Source of the DNA: Escherichia coli
GTDB lineage: Bacteria > Pseudomonadota > Gammaproteobacteria > Enterobacterales > Enterobacteriaceae
Strand: one strand, 5' to 3'
Assembly (NCBI RefSeq): GCF_003334815.1
Contig: NZ_QOWO01000011.1
Length of the DNA: 64,000 bases
A program made the translations under genes and the position numbers. Below the pieces are notes generated by a model. That model searched no databases, was not told the origin of the DNA, and was given only the letters and a program-made list of their open reading frames with translations. Numbering within the stretch: the first letter of the stretch is position 1; each line of letters begins with the position of its first letter. Shown piece after piece: positions 57,559 through 64,000 of this stretch.

Positions 57559-57586
57559 GAAACTAATTTAAACAAAAAGAGTCTGA
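57559..57586 (+). promoter_or_regulatory. Candidate sigma-E (RpoE) promoter upstream of fkpA.
   Basis: GAAACT followed 17 nt later by TCTGA, resembling GGAACTT-N16-TCTGA, about 110 bp upstream of the fkpA ATG. Confidence 0.5.
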
Positions 57587-57698
57587 AAATAGATGATAAT
57601 AGGGCGTGTCTGTATGTAGATTTGTTCGACAACGCTTTATAGTACCCTTCTGATAATAGTTAACCCTGGGGTGAGATGCCCCGATCCTGGAGATATGG

Positions 57699-58511
57699 AT
57701 GAAATCACTGTTTAAAGTAACGCTGCTGGCGACCACAATGGCCGTTGCCCTGCATGCACCAATCACTTTTGCTGCTGAAGCTGCAAAACCTGCTACAGCT
57801 GCTGACAGCAAAGCAGCGTTCAAAAATGACGATCAGAAATCAGCTTATGCACTGGGTGCCTCGCTGGGTCGTTACATGGAAAACTCTCTAAAAGAACAAG
57901 AAAAACTGGGCATCAAACTGGATAAAGATCAGCTGATCGCTGGTGTTCAGGATGCATTTGCTGATAAGAGCAAACTCTCCGACCAAGAGATCGAACAGAC
58001 TCTACAAGCATTCGAAGCTCGCGTGAAGTCTTCTGCTCAGGCGAAGATGGAAAAAGACGCGGCTGATAACGAAGCAAAAGGTAAAGAGTACCGCGAGAAA
58101 TTTGCCAAAGAGAAAGGTGTGAAAACCTCTTCAACTGGTCTGGTTTATCAGGTAGTAGAAGCCGGTAAAGGCGAAGCACCGAAAGACAGCGATACTGTTG
58201 TAGTGAACTACAAAGGTACGCTGATCGACGGTAAAGAGTTCGACAACTCTTACACCCGTGGTGAACCGCTTTCTTTCCGTCTGGACGGTGTTATCCCGGG
58301 TTGGACAGAAGGTCTGAAGAACATCAAGAAAGGCGGTAAGATCAAACTGGTTATTCCACCAGAACTGGCTTACGGCAAAGCGGGTGTTCCGGGGATCCCA
58401 CCGAATTCTACCCTGGTGTTTGACGTAGAGCTGCTGGATGTGAAACCAGCGCCGAAGGCTGATGCAAAGCCGGAAGCTGATGCGAAAGCCGCAGATTCTG
58501 CTAAAAAATAA
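57699..58511 (+). CDS. fkpA: Periplasmic FKBP-type peptidyl-prolyl isomerase / chaperone FkpA, 270 aa.
   Basis: Signal peptide, dimerisation helices and a C-terminal FKBP domain. Confidence 0.95.
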   Translation: MKSLFKVTLLATTMAVALHAPITFAAEAAKPATAADSKAAFKNDDQKSAYALGASLGRYMENSLKEQEKLGIKLDKDQLIAGVQDAFADKSKLSDQEIEQTLQAFEARVKSSAQAKMEKDAADNEAKGKEYREKFAKEKGVKTSSTGLVYQVVEAGKGEAPKDSDTVVVNYKGTLIDGKEFDNSYTRGEPLSFRLDGVIPGWTEGLKNIKKGGKIKLVIPPELAYGKAGVPGIPPNSTLVFDVELLDVKPAPKADAKPEADAKAADSAKK

Positions 58512-58520
58512 GCATTAAGA

Positions 58521-58551
58521 ACCGCCGCCTGACCAGGCGGCGGTTTTTTTA
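58521..58551 (+). terminator. Intrinsic terminator of fkpA.
   Basis: CCGCCGCCTG-ac-CAGGCGGCGG followed by TTTTTTT. Confidence 0.8.
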
Positions 58552-58677
58552 TTACAGGCCGGATATAATTAGTGCTGGAAAGCGGAACCTCCGCTGTATT
58601 AATTTAGTTACCCGCATCATTAATGAGCCTGCCCTGAAAAGTTAACGACAGGCTCCTGAAAAGGAGTGTTTTTTTTC

Positions 58678-59785
<1,108 letters not shown>

Positions 59786-59786
<1 letters not shown>

Positions 59787-60145
59787 TGAAACGAATTGCG
59801 TTTGTTTTTTCTACTGCACCTCATGGTACAGCCGCAGGCCGGGAAGGTTTAGATGCTTTACTGGCAACTTCCGCATTAACTGACGATCTGGCTGTCTTCT
59901 TTATAGCTGATGGCGTTTTTCAGCTGCTGCCAGGACAAAAGCCCGATGCAGTGCTGGCGCGTGATTACATTGCCACTTTTAAATTGTTGGGTCTGTACGA
60001 CATTGAACAGTGCTGGGTTTGTGCGGCTTCACTGCGCGAACGCGGGTTAGATCCGCAGACACCCTTTGTTGTCGAAGCCACGCCGCTCGAAGCAGATGCC
60101 TTACGCCGCGAACTCGCCAACTACGATGTTATTTTGAGGTTTTGA
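59786..60145 (+). CDS. tusC: TusC, 119 aa.
   Basis: DsrF-like sequence; its start shares 1 nt with the tusD stop. Confidence 0.9.
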
Positions 60146-60152
60146 GGCGTTT

Positions 60153-60440
60153 ATGCTGCACACATTACATCGCTCACCCTGGCTGACGGATTTTGCTGCG
60201 CTGCTGCGTCTGCTCAGTGAAGGAGACGAACTGCTATTATTGCAAGATGGCGTAACTGCCGCAGTTGACGGTAACCGCTACCTTGAAAGTCTGCGTAATG
60301 CCCCCATTAAGGTCTATGCCCTGAACGAAGACCTTATTGCCCGCGGTTTGACTGGTCAAATTTCGAACGACATCATTCTCATTGACTATACTGATTTCGT
60401 CAGACTTACGGTTAAGCACCCCAGCCAGATGGCCTGGTGA
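60153..60440 (+). CDS. tusB: TusB, 95 aa.
   Basis: DsrH-like sequence, position and length. Confidence 0.9.
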   Translation: MLHTLHRSPWLTDFAALLRLLSEGDELLLLQDGVTAAVDGNRYLESLRNAPIKVYALNEDLIARGLTGQISNDIILIDYTDFVRLTVKHPSQMAW

Positions 60441-60462
60441 TGGCGGGATCGTTGTATATTTC

Positions 60463-60940
<478 letters not shown>

Positions 60941-61021
60941 TGGTTCTCCGTTAAGTAAGGCCAAACGTTTTAACTTAAATGTCAAACTAAACTCGTAGAG
61001 TTTTGGACAATCCTGAATTAA

Positions 61022-61507
<486 letters not shown>

Positions 61508-61591
61508 TCCCTTCGGAGTTTTAGTCACCAGGCGGGCGCTTCCAGTAAGCAGCCCGCTTTGGGCTACTTAAATTGAACGCCTAAAAGATAA

Positions 61592-63718
<2,127 letters not shown>

Positions 63719-63731
63719 GCCTAAGGGTTAA

Positions 63732-64000
<269 letters not shown>

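Overview
The window is a gene-dense stretch of Escherichia coli core chromosome from the classical 75-76 min region, read as the reverse complement of the usual K-12 map orientation. It runs from the 3' end of envZ through pckA, yhgE, hslO-hslR, yrfG, igaA, nudE, mrcA, hofMNOPQ, the aroK-aroB-damX-dam-rpe-gph-trpS superoperon, the cryptic yhfZ-yhfY-yhfX-yhfW-php-yhfU-yhfT-yhfS cluster, the fructoselysine operon frlRDCBA, yhfL, cysG-nirC-nirD-nirB, tsgA, ppiA, yhfG-fic, pabA, argD, yhfK, crp, yhfA, prkB, yheU-yheT-yheS, kefG-kefB, yheV, slyD, slyX, fkpA, yheO-tusDCB and the str operon rpsL-rpsG-fusA, ending in the 5' end of tufA. Essentially every ORF of 100 codons or more that is not antisense to a recognisable gene was identified by reading the translated sequence; the symbols are recalled from memory, not from a database search. 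I found no rRNA or tRNA genes, no CRISPR array, no IS element, transposase or integrase, no prophage remnant and no island-like insertion, so there is no candidate for a novel mobile or defence system. Four things merit a second look. (1) yhfS carries a perfect 50-bp tandem duplication flanked by a 5-bp GACGC microhomology, which frameshifts this SelA-like PLP enzyme gene. (2) The whole yhfZ-yhfS cluster next to the frl operon is a poorly characterised cryptic catabolic-like operon. (3) rpsG ends at a TAA giving the 156-aa S7 form typical of non-K-12 E. coli, where K-12 encodes 179 aa, so the source strain is not K-12. (4) The fic gene shows a degenerate FIC motif, [12 protein letters not shown], and is translationally coupled to yhfG. 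Several regulatory elements (FNR and NarL sites at nirB, intrinsic terminators, REP/BIME elements, and sigma-E and sigma-70 promoters) could be read directly from the sequence.
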